Part shown: piece after piece, positions 38,136 to 50,160 of the stretch
How positions within the stretch are numbered: the first letter of the stretch is position 1
How the letters are laid out: each line of letters starts with the position of its first letter
Assembly: GCA_010093815.1 (NCBI GenBank)
Contig: ML996565.1
Reading direction: 5' to 3' (one strand)
Origin: Pseudovirgaria hyperparasitica
Lineage: Eukaryota
Length of the DNA stretch: 64,000 bases
Notes under the pieces: generated by a model
The model's input: only the letters and a program-made list of their open reading frames with translations
Told to the model about the DNA's origin: nothing
Databases searched by the model: none
Program-made: the position numbers and the translations under genes

Positions 38136-39332
38136 ACTGGAATCACACAGATTGGCTGTTCTTGTGATAGGACTAGGTTTCAATATACTATGTCATAAGA
38201 CTGAATAGTATATGATAGAGCAAGTCCGCATGGCTCATGGTTTTACGAGGCAGAAGCGAGTGAGGAAGCGCAGGTACAAGATCTAAAGAGCATGAACCAC
38301 GACCTAAAACAAGGATTGTTCTTCTGCATAGATGAGACCCTACCTTCGCCCAAGACTTTCGATGGTGTATGTCAGTACGTTGAGCTGCTTCTATCACCGT
38401 GTAGTCTGACAAGAGTCACGTATCTGCTTCTACGCTAGCAGGCCACCAACCGTAGAAAAGCCCCAGCCTTCCCCATGGGACCATGGGTGAGCCATTGCCC
38501 CTGCACGCCTTCGTTTGTGGCCCGGGTGTGAAACGCTACAGGGGTATACCACAAACACGCAGCCCATTCGGGCCGACTCTCTGGTTGTTCCGCGAGTTCG
38601 GGTCGAAGCGCTTATTCAGACCGCTAATTGGTTGTTAATACCTTGACTTTCTACGCAAATGTGATACATATTTAGCGACCGCAGTTCTCTGACTTTGGCA
38701 CCGCTGCTTTATCTACCTCTGCCTAGTGTCTTGAGACCCTGACAAATTCTGAAATGGGGTTACTATAGCTAGGCAAATCGCTTGCTAGCCCTCCCTCATA
38801 GGCTCATATCGGATCATGTTGATACCTGCTACTGTCACTTCCCAGTCGTATACATGGGTGTCCAGTTAATAATCTATAAATAACTACATTTGATACCAGA
38901 GTTTCTCGACCTCGTATGGAGCAGTTCAGTGATGCCTAATGAGTTATAATCGTTTGCTGACTCGTTATTTCTATTCGTTCCCGTCCCCGATAGAGCGAAG
39001 CGCTGGGATATACCCTTTCATCGTCAATCATGCTGGCGCCTATCTCGTGTGCGGCGCAGCGATTACGCCACCTGGTTAAATCTATCAGATTGGCAGGCAG
39101 AATCACCCAGTGTCACTCCTAAAACGCATTCGCTCATGCACTGCTGAATTTGGCTGGCCCGGAATGGCAGATACTTTTTGAAGTGTACATTCGGAGCAAT
39201 ATACCGCTGGAGCCTACAGTTACTTGTTCTTAATCTTTCTCCAGAGTCTCTATCCATATCTGGACCTAAGAGCTCGCAGCCTCTGGGAGCCCGCACGCGT
39301 TCGACTTTACAGTGTTATACTGTATCGTGGTT

Positions 39333-40808
39333 ATGACACTCCTCACGAATCGGCCCTCTCTGTCACGACGAGGAGGTACCATCGTGTATTCGATGTGTCT
39401 CTTACTCGCGTTCGTCTTCACGCTGTCATGGCTTCGGGATCGGCCCTTGAATCTGGCCATCCCTCTACTCAGAACCCACGACGAAGCAATCCTAAACACA
39501 AATCCGGATGACGCTCCCAGAAACCATACGTCGACTTTGGATCTACCAGTGGAGTATCAACACGTCCCGGAGCACACGGAGTACTGCGCAGACCGATACC
39601 AGAGGAACTACCTGGAGCATCTGAGAGACTCTGCCGTCAGTTACTGCACCAACAATACCTCGTCACAGCTACATTGCTTTCACAGCAAGACGGTACCGGA
39701 GCGAACCGACACGTTCTGCTACGGCACGAACGCTGCTTTCAATGCCACACAACACAAGTATAGACTACCCTGCGCCATGCGACAGCTCTCAGAAGAGGAA
39801 GTTGACGGAGGTGTGCCGCCTGTTGCCGAGTTCATTGGGTACTGGTACAACACTGGCCCGAAGAATGTGTTCGGCCATGAGGTTCTTTTGCGTGATGAGC
39901 AGACGCCCCAAGTCAAGTCCACAGGCCGTCGGATATCTGTTCTAGTGAAAAGAGAAGGAGGTGCCAACTTATGGCATTCGCTAATGGAGATCTTTGCTAC
40001 CAGCCTGACACTAGACACACTTCGCAGCACAGTGAACCCCGAAACTGGTGCGGCCTTTCTCACCGAGGCCGACAGGAATAACACGCAGGTCGTGTTCCTA
40101 GACGACGATGAAGATGGGCCCGCCGACGAGCTCTGGAATATGTTCTTCGCAACTAGGTCCACCATCAGATTGAAAAATATTACGGCCGACAATGTCGGAG
40201 ACATCATAGTTCCCCTAGCTGGTGGAGGCAATCCATTCTGGCAAGGAGACTGGGAGGCCAGACCATGCGAGGACTCGGAACTGCTCCAAGTCTTCTCCGC
40301 CAGGGTCTTGGAGTTTTTGCATATCCAGACACCCGCAAGAGAAGGTAACGTCAGAGTGACCTGGGTGAAGCGTACTGGCTCACGACGTTTGATCAACGAA
40401 GAGCAGCTCGTCGAGACAGCAAAAGCTAGAATACCACATATTGAGCTGCAGGTAGTCGATTTCGCCGAGATTCCATTCCGGGATCAAGTCCAGCTCGTTA
40501 GGAATACAGATGTGCTGGTTGGTGTACACGGCGCTGGGCTTACGCATGGAATGTGGTTGCAGCCTGGTTCCGTCATCGCAGAGATCCTCCCTCTCACATT
40601 AAACTACAAAGGCTTCCGAAACATGGCGGCGCTTCTCGGACTAGACTACTTCTCAGTGCATGGCACTGAACCAAAGCAGAAGTCCGCACCACGAGCGGAG
40701 TGGCAGAGCGGTGATGTAGAGCTCGACGAAGAAAAGTTCGTAAGCCTGGTCGAGTCGGCTGTAAGAAGCACGTACAAGAAAGGCATGCGTGACTTTGATA
40801 TAGATTGA
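39333..40808 (+). CDS. Glycosyltransferase family 61 (EOGT/DUF563-like), type II membrane protein
   Basis: N-terminal TM; NLWHSLMEI, RRLINE, QVQLVRNTDVLVGVHGAGLTH, FRNMA. Confidence 0.88.
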   Translation: MTLLTNRPSLSRRGGTIVYSMCLLLAFVFTLSWLRDRPLNLAIPLLRTHDEAILNTNPDDAPRNHTSTLDLPVEYQHVPEHTEYCADRYQRNYLEHLRDSAVSYCTNNTSSQLHCFHSKTVPERTDTFCYGTNAAFNATQHKYRLPCAMRQLSEEEVDGGVPPVAEFIGYWYNTGPKNVFGHEVLLRDEQTPQVKSTGRRISVLVKREGGANLWHSLMEIFATSLTLDTLRSTVNPETGAAFLTEADRNNTQVVFLDDDEDGPADELWNMFFATRSTIRLKNITADNVGDIIVPLAGGGNPFWQGDWEARPCEDSELLQVFSARVLEFLHIQTPAREGNVRVTWVKRTGSRRLINEEQLVETAKARIPHIELQVVDFAEIPFRDQVQLVRNTDVLVGVHGAGLTHGMWLQPGSVIAEILPLTLNYKGFRNMAALLGLDYFSVHGTEPKQKSAPRAEWQSGDVELDEEKFVSLVESAVRSTYKKGMRDFDID

Positions 40809-40941
40809 TATGAATGTATGAATGTATGAATGTATGAANNNNNNNNNNTATGAATGTATGAATGTATGAATGTATGAATGTATGAATGTATGAATGTATG
40901 AATGTATGAATGTATGAATGTATGAATGTATGAATGTATGA
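40809..40941. repeat. (TATGAATG)n tandem repeat spanning an assembly gap (Ns)
   Basis: 8-bp unit on both sides of a 10-N gap, starting right after the GT61 stop codon. Confidence 0.95.
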
Positions 40942-41205
40942 ATTATGAGCCAATGTTCAATATACCTTTTCCATGATTTTCACACAAGGCTAGTGAGCTT
41001 GAGTAAATGGTAGATTAACGACACATATAGCCAGTCGATCTTCAAGCTGAGTGAGAATCTTAAGACGGTGGCTTGGACGTGGCTTTTTGACATTAAGCTA
41101 GGATACACGTGTTCTGAGACTATGGATCTAACATAGACAGATGAGACTCGCGGGTATAGAGTACAACAATAATGGATTAACATCTAAAAAGTACAAAGGG
41201 AAGGA

Positions 41206-43493
41206 TCAGATGAACGTCTTGCCTACATCCTCCGGCCTGTACGGACTTGGATCTCGCACCGGCTGACGGAACGGGCTTATTTCCCTTACCGAGGCTCTCT
41301 GGCCCGCTTGAGGTATCCGGCCGTTTATGCCAGGACTCTCTCCATCACACACAATAATTGTTCCCATCACTGAACTGATGTCCGACATTGGCGTCTGTCC
41401 CGTTGGTGTCAGTCCACCCGGGCCCGTATTACCGTTTCTGTAAAAGTCTTCTGCATTATCAAGTTTGGATACGGATGAGACTGAGAACGAGTTCCGTTGT
41501 CCCGGAACGTCTAGTCTCGATACCGAGGAGACAGAACATGACGTCCGATGAGCTGGAACCTGTCGGGACCAGGAATTGATGCGAGAGTGGCCAGATTTGC
41601 GCATTGTCGCAGGTACTGCATCACGATAGCCGCTACTGTACTCGTTGTCTGGTACATGTAGAAACCCATCCTTTTCAGGCTCGCTCTCACATATCGTAAG
41701 GCTGGAAGTTTTTGAACGATACATATATCTGTCTGGGCGGTGGTCTTTCCTCTTGCGAAACCAGAAGCATGCCAGACCCAGAATTGCTAAGACAATGAAC
41801 GAACCACCCACTGCGCCACCGATGGCTGCCTTTTGGGACGTTGATAGAGATCGATTCCTGTTCGATGGAGGTGTTGAGTTGGGTCCGACAGGAGATTCGG
41901 TTCCACCTGGGGTTTGTACTGGGTCAGTCTGTGCGGAATCTGGGGGTTGGCCACTTTGAGTCTCTCCAGGCGATGTTGGGGTGGTAGGTGGTTCCTCATC
42001 GGCAATTCTTTTTGTGAATATCTCTTTGAGGCTGGGCTCGAGGTCTGGGCTGAAAACCCTGAGAACTCGTAAGTATTGAGTGGGGTAACCGCGTGCAATC
42101 ACTACTTACTGGCTCCCAATTGTGGAACTTAACTTTGGATGCACCGAGAAAGGCTTATCAACTGGATCAAATTCATCCATCCAATAATATTCAGACAGAT
42201 CAAGGGATCTCAACACCGGTTTATTCTTTGGAGAGCTACAGTCTACCACGCTATTATCGTCTTTATTGATGACCTCACCGCCGAGAACGACTCCGTTGTT
42301 GTGACCATGTTTGAAACAATGGTGGTTCCGCCGTCCTGTCTCTCTGGAGTCATTCATAGAAACCCACTTGAAGGATGGAATAGTAAGAACCCCTGAGCGC
42401 ATTAGGCAAGGAAACAGCCATCGTACAGCGGTAGAGGTACTTACAGACGTCGTCTTTTGATTCAGTGTTATCTTCGCCACCATTAATGGTAATGAAAGAG
42501 GAGCTGTTGTCAGGTGCCTGAGTGACCCAGCCGCAAAAGTTTTTCCGCGTTGACGGTAGATCTAAGGTAGCGGGGGTATTAAACCATCTACTTGACTCAA
42601 TGTCATAGATATCAATCGAGTCCATGGCAGCCATAAGATCATTGCCGTTGGCTTGCAACTAGCTTTGTTAGTCCAAGTCTGAGATATATTAGTTCCCACC
42701 CAACTTACGGATACAACACCACCAAGCATTACCAGAATTCCTTGGTTGCCATATGGTAGGTAGAACATTGGTGCCTTGGTACGTTTTGAGCCAAGTATTG
42801 AATCAGCTGGTGGTTTTCTGTAGGAAATCACAGGGTCCGCGGGATCCGTCGAATTGAGTTCGATAATTCCAACTTCGGAGCTACCAAAGGTACCGCCAGA
42901 GAAGAAAGAGGTGTTGAAGCGCCTGATACTAGCATAGGCAGCGCCAAGACCATCCCCAGTCGGCATCTTCTCTCCTGTCACAACCCACTGTTTCCATGAA
43001 TGTTGTTCTCCAAACGGGGTAAAGCGCCATAGCTGAGACGATAGCTTATTGTCAGAGTCTCTGGCAACGGATAGATCGTACATGTCTGTACGATCGAACC
43101 ACATGGCCCCTCCAACCTTTACGTTCGCAGACGAGTTCTGATGTCCAGCAGGAAGGGCCGTACTGATCACATTGGTCAAGGTGTCGGCCAGATCTCGTGT
43201 TTGGGCTAGGTCGATCGAAAGCAGAGAGTCCGTTGGATAGGATCCTGCCGGATCTTCCGTTAATGTAACATTTGAACCAGCCATGAATATGCGGTTGTCG
43301 AACAATGCCGCTATAGGGAGTCAATAAGTTGTTGAGCCATAGGTATACAAGACTTACCGCGGCCACCCACGAGTCTACACACTTTGGCTGTAGGGGCGAA
43401 TGAGCCAGCTTGGGCGCAACCCTCACGCACACCCAAACATGCAAGAAGAAGTGCTGCACGAACGCAACTTGATGCTGGGTATATCTTACCCAT
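41206..43493 (-). CDS. Kelch/beta-propeller type I membrane protein, about 5 exons
   Basis: Signal peptide at 43493; GILVMLGG, IDIYDIESSRWF, LPS.RKNFC, LTIPSFKWV; Pro/Thr stalk; TM AAIGGAVGGSFIVLAILGLACFWF followed by RKRK; Ser-rich tail. Confidence 0.78.
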
Positions 43494-45847
43494 TGTCTCT
43501 TACGATGAATATGTGTAGAAGCAAAGAGGTCAAACTTTTCAGGAAGACAACGTAGACGGCCAGACTCTAAAGAGGTTTTGGGTTAAGGGGAGTTCCTGTT
43601 CAAGACCTCGATGCTGCACAGAAGCTAGCTCGAATCAGTGAAAAGGAAATGAATGCAAGCGTCTCAATGCCATCGCGCGCGCTTCATAAGTTACTCTTGG
43701 CCTATAAATCGGGCTCATGGGGGGAGGACCATACAAGCGCCGCCAAGCATGCTTATTTGAAACACGAAGCACAAGGCCGCAAATAGCATATTCTCCAAGA
43801 TCACCCATTATTAGAACTATTGTTTCACGCCTCTAGATTTGCTCTAGCATTCAATATACGACCTCAGCATGTTTATGGCGGCAAGACAAAGCATGCTTTA
43901 CGGTAGTACCGGTGGTCCGAGCAATGTTTACCGCATATCTTGGTCCATAAACCATGCCACATCGGCTGAGAGTACTTCTAAAGATAAGTGAGGTCTATCG
44001 TGGGTTGTGGGTACCACGAAGTGGGTGCTTTGTACCTTTGGAGAAGGCTCTGGATATAGGGATATAAACGGTGACGCTTTACGCCGTCAGGGTATTGAGA
44101 ATTAGGATATTCATTTCGGGCAAACGCAAGCAGGGCACCATCATGCAGCAGAGAGGATTGATGAATGACGATGCCTGGTATGTAGGCAGTGGTAAAGGAT
44201 CCCTGATGTCTGTAGTCGAGCCGGTCGCCGTTTCAAGGGTGGTCAAGGAAAGAAGCGCACGAACCAGATCCTACGCGCCCCAGTACTCAGCCTCACCCGC
44301 AGCCCTAATTAACCACTCCCGGCGCTTATCCTATCTCAGTCACTCACTTCTTAGCCCACATGTACCACTTTGCCGAAGACAACACCTAAGAACCCCTTCT
44401 TCTAACTAATTATCAACCAAAGTCCATGATACACCCTCAGCGAAACCGTTTACAAAACCATGTGCACTCTCGGACTCCCTTCTATCAGCAACGCCCACAC
44501 TATACGTATATCTCCCACCACCTAATACTAACCGTTTCGTCTTCGCGCCGCACCGCGCCAAACCCACACGAGTGCTTGCTTGCTTGCTTGCTTGCTTTGC
44601 AGCGCTCCCCATAGCCTCGCGGCACAGTCTCGCCGTGGTTGGGTAGTTCTAGATGCCTGTCCTGTCAGGTGTCGTGTCTGATAGGATCCAAGATACGCGC
44701 CCGAGACCTGATCCTGTTGTGTTGTTGTTGATGCCTGCAAGCTGTACATGATTAAACCGTCTGTGTGTATGTATGTGTGTGTACTAGCCGGGGCGCTTAA
44801 AATAACGAGTTCACAATCCATCCATGCACGGCACGGACGGCGGCGGGTGACCTTTTGGTGCCTTGCAGGATTGGGATGGGATCCCTTTCGGGTAATTAGG
44901 GATGGATTAGTTATAGGCGGGTCCTTGTGGCGCTCGCTTGGCTATGGGATGGTGAGGTCAAGCTTTTTTAGTTCTTGTTGTTGTGATCGAAAGCGTCTGC
45001 TCTAATTAGTAAAGCCATTGCTCGACTCGGGATGCTGCTCTTCTTTGACCTCCCTCCCTCCCTTCTTCCATGGCGTAATTATAGATGGTAATTATATATG
45101 TGTGGCTGAATAGATGGAGCGTACTCCGTCATATTTTCGACCTTGTTCTTCAGTTCCATTCTTTTCGATATATATATTTTTATATATATAGCAAACTATT
45201 ATTATTTTTTTATATCTAATAGTTTATCAAAACAAAGCTCGAATATGTCGACGACAATGCGACTCACTTCCAGACAGGGTATATGCTGGCCATCACGACC
45301 ACCCAGCATTGAACAATTAGCACAGCCGGCGCGGCCATCCATGTGATTCATTCATAGCAGATGTAACACTGCTCGGATCTGATAACAGCTTCCTCAGCCG
45401 CAACCGTTATTTGTCCATGTACCCTGCTTCACTGCCCCACTACCGAGAACTAGACGTCTACCGATGATGATCTCCGGCATGACATATTGTCGGGTCGACT
45501 TTACGCGAGGATTGCTTCGAGGGCTGTGTGGCCCCGTTACAGGCCGGATATAGAGAGACGTCAGAGCTGTCGTCTCCCTGCCTACCTACCTACCTACCTA
45601 CCTACCAGGAGACCTGACATTAGAACAGGTCGATATTCTGGGGTACTGCTTTTTCTATACTTGTACAAAGGGATTTGCCCATGCGGGACTGGTAGAGTAA
45701 GACCAAAATGGCAATGCGAACGCGCCCTGGAGTCTCAAGACGAGTACTCGCTCGCAGGCTCTAATCAACAAATAATTATACCCAGAACCCAGACCGAAAT
45801 CCCAAAGCAACGCAATCCAGACGCTCAGCCCACCCCCAAAATAAAGC

Positions 45848-46788
45848 TCAAGCCAACCTCGACACCGACACCACACCATCCCCACTCCCCACTCTATCGC
45901 ACTTCCGCTTCCGAACATAAGTCTAGCATCAATAAGCAACCCATCCATCTCTCCAGCACAAGTCCAAAAAAAAGAAACACACACACTCACATAAGTATAA
46001 TGCCTCTCCCCCACGCCCCCTCCCCACGCCTCCACATCAAAAACATGCGTCCGCACCAGCTCAAACGCACACCCCTCATACAGCCTCCGCGCCGCAGCCG
46101 ACGCATCCAAGTACACCTCGACCCCCAACTCATCCGCCCTGTCCAGGCCCCACTGCATCAACCGACGCGCGATCCCGCGGCGCTGGTACGCCGGGAAGGT
46201 CGTCATGGAGTTCAGCATCACGTACGCCTGCCTGCCCGCCATCACCTCCTTGCGTGTCTCGCGCAGCGGCGTCAGGAGCGCGTTTAACAAGCGCACGTTT
46301 AGCTCGGGCGGGGGGTCCGGATGCGCGGTATATGCCGTCTGGACGGGCGGAGCAGGGCCGCGGGCCGGTGGGGGTGCGGTCGGGAGACTTCCTTCTGCGT
46401 GTCTGTCTGCGGCTCCGTCTGCGGCTCCGTCTGCATGTCTGTCCCCACGCCCGTCCGTCTCGTCCCTAGCACCCGCGTAAACGGTCCATTTCGCGATTGC
46501 CGCAATGGTAGGTGGCGTGGTGCTTACGTCGACGGCCTTGAAGGCGTGCACGCCGGGCTGAGACAGTTCCTGCTCGCGGGCGGCGACGACGCGGGTCCAG
46601 GACGCGGGGCTGAAGGGGCGAAGGGCGAGGAGGTCGCGCATGTGGTCGGCGTGGCAGGTGTAGTGCATGATCTGCCATGTTCTGCAGTCTTCGGGTTTCA
46701 GGGGGAGGATCTGGATGGAGGAGGAGGGTTGGGAGGATATGGGAGGAGGGGGGATGAGGGCGAGTTCGGAGGCGGGTGCATTGTCCAT
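45848..46788 (-). CDS. GNAT-family N-acetyltransferase
   Basis: AAIAKW, LNSMTTFPAYQRRGIARRLMQWG, VYLDAS, LYEGCAF. A probable terminal intron (GTGAGT..TAG) makes the 3' end uncertain. Confidence 0.82.
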
Positions 46789-47748
46789 TGTGCTTGTACT
46801 GCTAAGGAATGGTGGTGAGGGGGAGACTGCTGATGCGAATGTAGATTCGTGTTCCGGTTGTTGGTCCTCAGACCTAGAGGAGTCTTTGGCATTAGACCTG
46901 CTCTTCTTCTCTCACGATGGAGACTCGACAAACATCAGGAGCACACCAAGTCGTGCCCGTGAGTCATCTCTTAACGCAAATGTCTATGCTCCATGGTAAT
47001 TAGCTTCCATTATTAGAAACCCACTGAAAGTGAATGTGATTACTAAGGAGGGGTAGTAGTGATGTCGGGGAGCTCAAAGGGCGTTTTCCAAGATTAACAA
47101 CCTGTTTGTCTTTATCTTAGTAAGCGTAGACTCCCTATCATGGATAAAGAAGAACTATGGAGAAGTGCTCTAGTCTTTGTAAGCATCTACGACTGTTTAG
47201 CTCTTTGATTACACAAGTTCGAGAAGTATACTAAAATACTATAGATAAGCATATATCAATCATTTACAATGTTCTTCGATAACGGATTGACCTACCAGAC
47301 AGACCGGCCCTCTAGCAAAGGTAAATAAACTACCTGCACTGTCTCCACTCTGGATATGATTTGGTAGAGTGGTGTGAGGGAGGATGAGCTTGTGGCGAGG
47401 TTACGAGTTTCGGCTTATGTGTTTGGGCATTGGGCTGGACTGGAGTGTTCCAAGATTTGGGGTGTGACGGCCGCTTGTAACGGTTCACCGGTGATGCTAC
47501 CTGCTGTGATGAGATCATGAGTACGCGCTCGTGTGAGTGCAAGGCAAAGAGCCCCCTGTGAGATCAACATCTTTTCTCACTTTTGTAAAGTCAAAAAATG
47601 CGACTGTTGCCATTTCTACCATTGTGCACACAGTCTAGATGCTCGTATAAGTCATCAGAATTCCGTCCCGACCGTGCGCCGACGCTACATGCTCAGAATG
47701 ACTCTGGACTCTAATGTGCCAATCCCCGTAGACTTTGTATATCAAGAC

Positions 47749-49228
47749 TCAATGGAACAGGAAGCCGGCAGCAAGTTCGACGTTGCCGTCGGTTGCCTCC
47801 AATGCCTGGACGGCTTCTGTCTCTGAGAAGCCAATATCGGTCAGTTGCCGTATTGTTTCAGCAGGGAAGCGCTTGGGTTGTGCAGCTGCTGGCGTCTGTG
47901 TCTGAGGAGCCTTTGAGCCCAAGGTTTGGCCCTGGCCTTGGAAGTTCTTTGATGCTGAGCTGGGTCCAGCACCTCCTGACCCTGAAGCCTCTGCAGAAGT
48001 CCCAGCCGGTCGTACGACGCCACTACGGCCTCCAATCTCGGTACCATTCGGTCCTGGGATCGTAGGTTCGCTCAAAGCTGCTTCCTCCATCTGTCTGGGT
48101 ATCTCATGCTCGGGAAGAAAGGGAACTTCAATTCCCTGAAAGCAGAGCGCGTTCTTGGCCAGGTCGATGTTGGCCTGGTATCGCTTGAGCATGTCAAGGC
48201 CGAACAGCAGATCGACGTCTTTGCCCTCCATGACGGTGAAAGCGCAAGGCATGACAGCACCACCAATCTTGATCTCGGCGTGATGGACACGACCAAGGAT
48301 CTTGGCGGTTCCCACGCCACGTGCTTCGCCAGAAAATCGCGTGTCGATGAGTCGCATGATGCCGCACTGCTCAGCACACGAAGGCGACATGATCGTCACC
48401 TGTGCCCCTGAATCAACAAACGCCTTGATCGGCCGGCCGTTGACCTCGGCATTCACATAGAGCATGGTGACTCTTCCAAAGGCTGGAGAAGAAATGTCAG
48501 CAGCGGCATGGGCATGCATAACGGGGAACAACTTGCCTTCGGGGTTAGCTTCATATGCATGTTGGAGGTTCTCCATGACGCGGTCCTGTCTGATCATCTC
48601 TTCAATCTTTCGCTGAGCCTCGACGTTGAAAGGATCCTCGTTCAAGAGAGTAATCTGGCGTTGTCTTTCACGTTCACGAGCGTTCTCGTTGTGCTTCATT
48701 TCGCTAAAGATGCGGGTGAATTGAGCCGAGTCATTTATAGCATTCGAGAGAGGAGGATTCTGCTCCTTAAGTTGTTGTAGAAGATTTGAGTCGCCGAGCA
48801 CTCTCAGTCGCACAGTCTCCGCCTCTTGTGCGTAGGTGCTGTCTGGAGCAGGAGGCCTGGAACGGTTCGCCGTCCGCGCTTGGGTCTGTGTATCCTGACC
48901 TTGCTGGCGCACAAGCAAGACCAACATCTGGCCATTAAGCGCGGTTGGGTCTATCTGGCGATTGTCGTCTTTCAGATGCTCGCCATTGAAGTAATACTGC
49001 TGATGCTGTGCCGAAAAGCCGACATTGTTGGCCACCAGCTCTTTCAAGGCTCTGACTGAAAGCTTGCCGGCGGCAATGGAGGTGTCTGGTATGTCGAGAG
49101 GGATGACTTCCTGGTCCAAGGCCTGACCTGGAGCATTGATGAATATGGTAATGGTAGCCCTATATGCAGACAGAAGTGGAAGATTAGCGCAGGTCGCACA
49201 GCAGACGGATTGGGCCGGCCGCTCACAT
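47749..49228 (-). CDS. DDI1: DNA damage-inducible protein 1 (UBL - retroviral-like aspartic protease - UBA)
   Basis: DPFNVEAQRKIEEMIRQ, KAFVDSGAQVTIMS, LFGLDMLKR; C-terminal UBA GFSETEAVQALEATDGNVELAAGFLF; introns 49160..49226 and 48483..48536. Confidence 0.95.
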
Positions 49229-50076
49229 GGTTGCGTTCTGCAGGCCACACTCAAAACGACCCGAAGGCTGTCGCACGCGGCGTTTTAGGAAGGAGATGGC
49301 GGATGAGGAGGTATCTGGGCAGGTAAAGCTTCTAGAAGAGGAGTTGAAGAGGACGGCAGAGGATCAGTCAGCGTGGCTTGTGCATCAGATTGAAGTCGTA
49401 CTCACAGATATAGAAGTGATACTATAGACACGACGGGTAGCGAGGGCAGCGTGAGGGCGAGATGGTGGATGTCCAGCAAGGTCCGCTCGGCGGGGATGGA
49501 TGGTGGTCGGGTGGTGGATAAGAGCAACGATTTTGTGAGACAGCCACACGGACAGGCGAGCGAGGCTTTGAGTGAAGAAGGAGTGGAGGAGCTTTGTAAA
49601 CACGATTCGAGATGATGGCCTTGATCTGAGTAGGCGTTCGGCTTAGAAGGCGGTAGAATGGCGTAGTAGATTCAAGAGGCAGAGCATTTAATAATCAAGG
49701 ACCAGCTTGCAAGTGTGAGTTTCTCGGAGCAGCAGCAGCAGGTAGAGCAGCAGTTCTGGTTGAAGATGTGGCGGGGCAAGGATGAGTAAGGTAATTAGTG
49801 AGACAAAAGAGAAGAGAGGGAGGAAGAGCGGCGAGTGCAATGGAAGCTTAAGAGAAGGATGATATAGCAGCTGGCTTTACGGCGTGTGGGTGTTGATGAA
49901 GGGGGAGAAGCTGTCAAGAGACAAGAGTGCAGGATGGATTGAATCCATGATGACGATGGATGCTGAAACGCGTTGACGGACGAGACGAGACTGAGCTGCG
50001 AGCCCCGCGCCAAGGAGGAGGTGGGTGCTAAAAGTTGGGGGAGAGGGGCAGCAATTAGGTAGTGGCTAGGATGTAG

Positions 50077-50160
50077 TAGGTGCCTGGTAATAGGTGCTTG
50101 ATAGGTGCTTGATGGGTGCTTGATAGGTGCTTGATGGGTGCTTGATAGGTGCCTATTAGG
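50077..50160. repeat. 11-bp minisatellite (TAGGTGCTTGA/TGGGTGCTTGA)n
   Basis: About 7 head-to-tail units with no spacers. Confidence 0.88.

Noticed and set aside
40594..40953. ORF with HTFIHSYI repeats
   Set aside because: Translation of the 8-bp satellite across an assembly gap.
47749..49228. Retroviral-type protease motif DSG as evidence of an LTR retrotransposon
   Set aside because: It sits in the UBL-RVP-UBA architecture of cellular Ddi1; no RT, integrase or LTRs nearby.
50077..50160. Repeat array considered as CRISPR-like
   Set aside because: 11-bp units with no spacers, a eukaryotic context and no cas genes.
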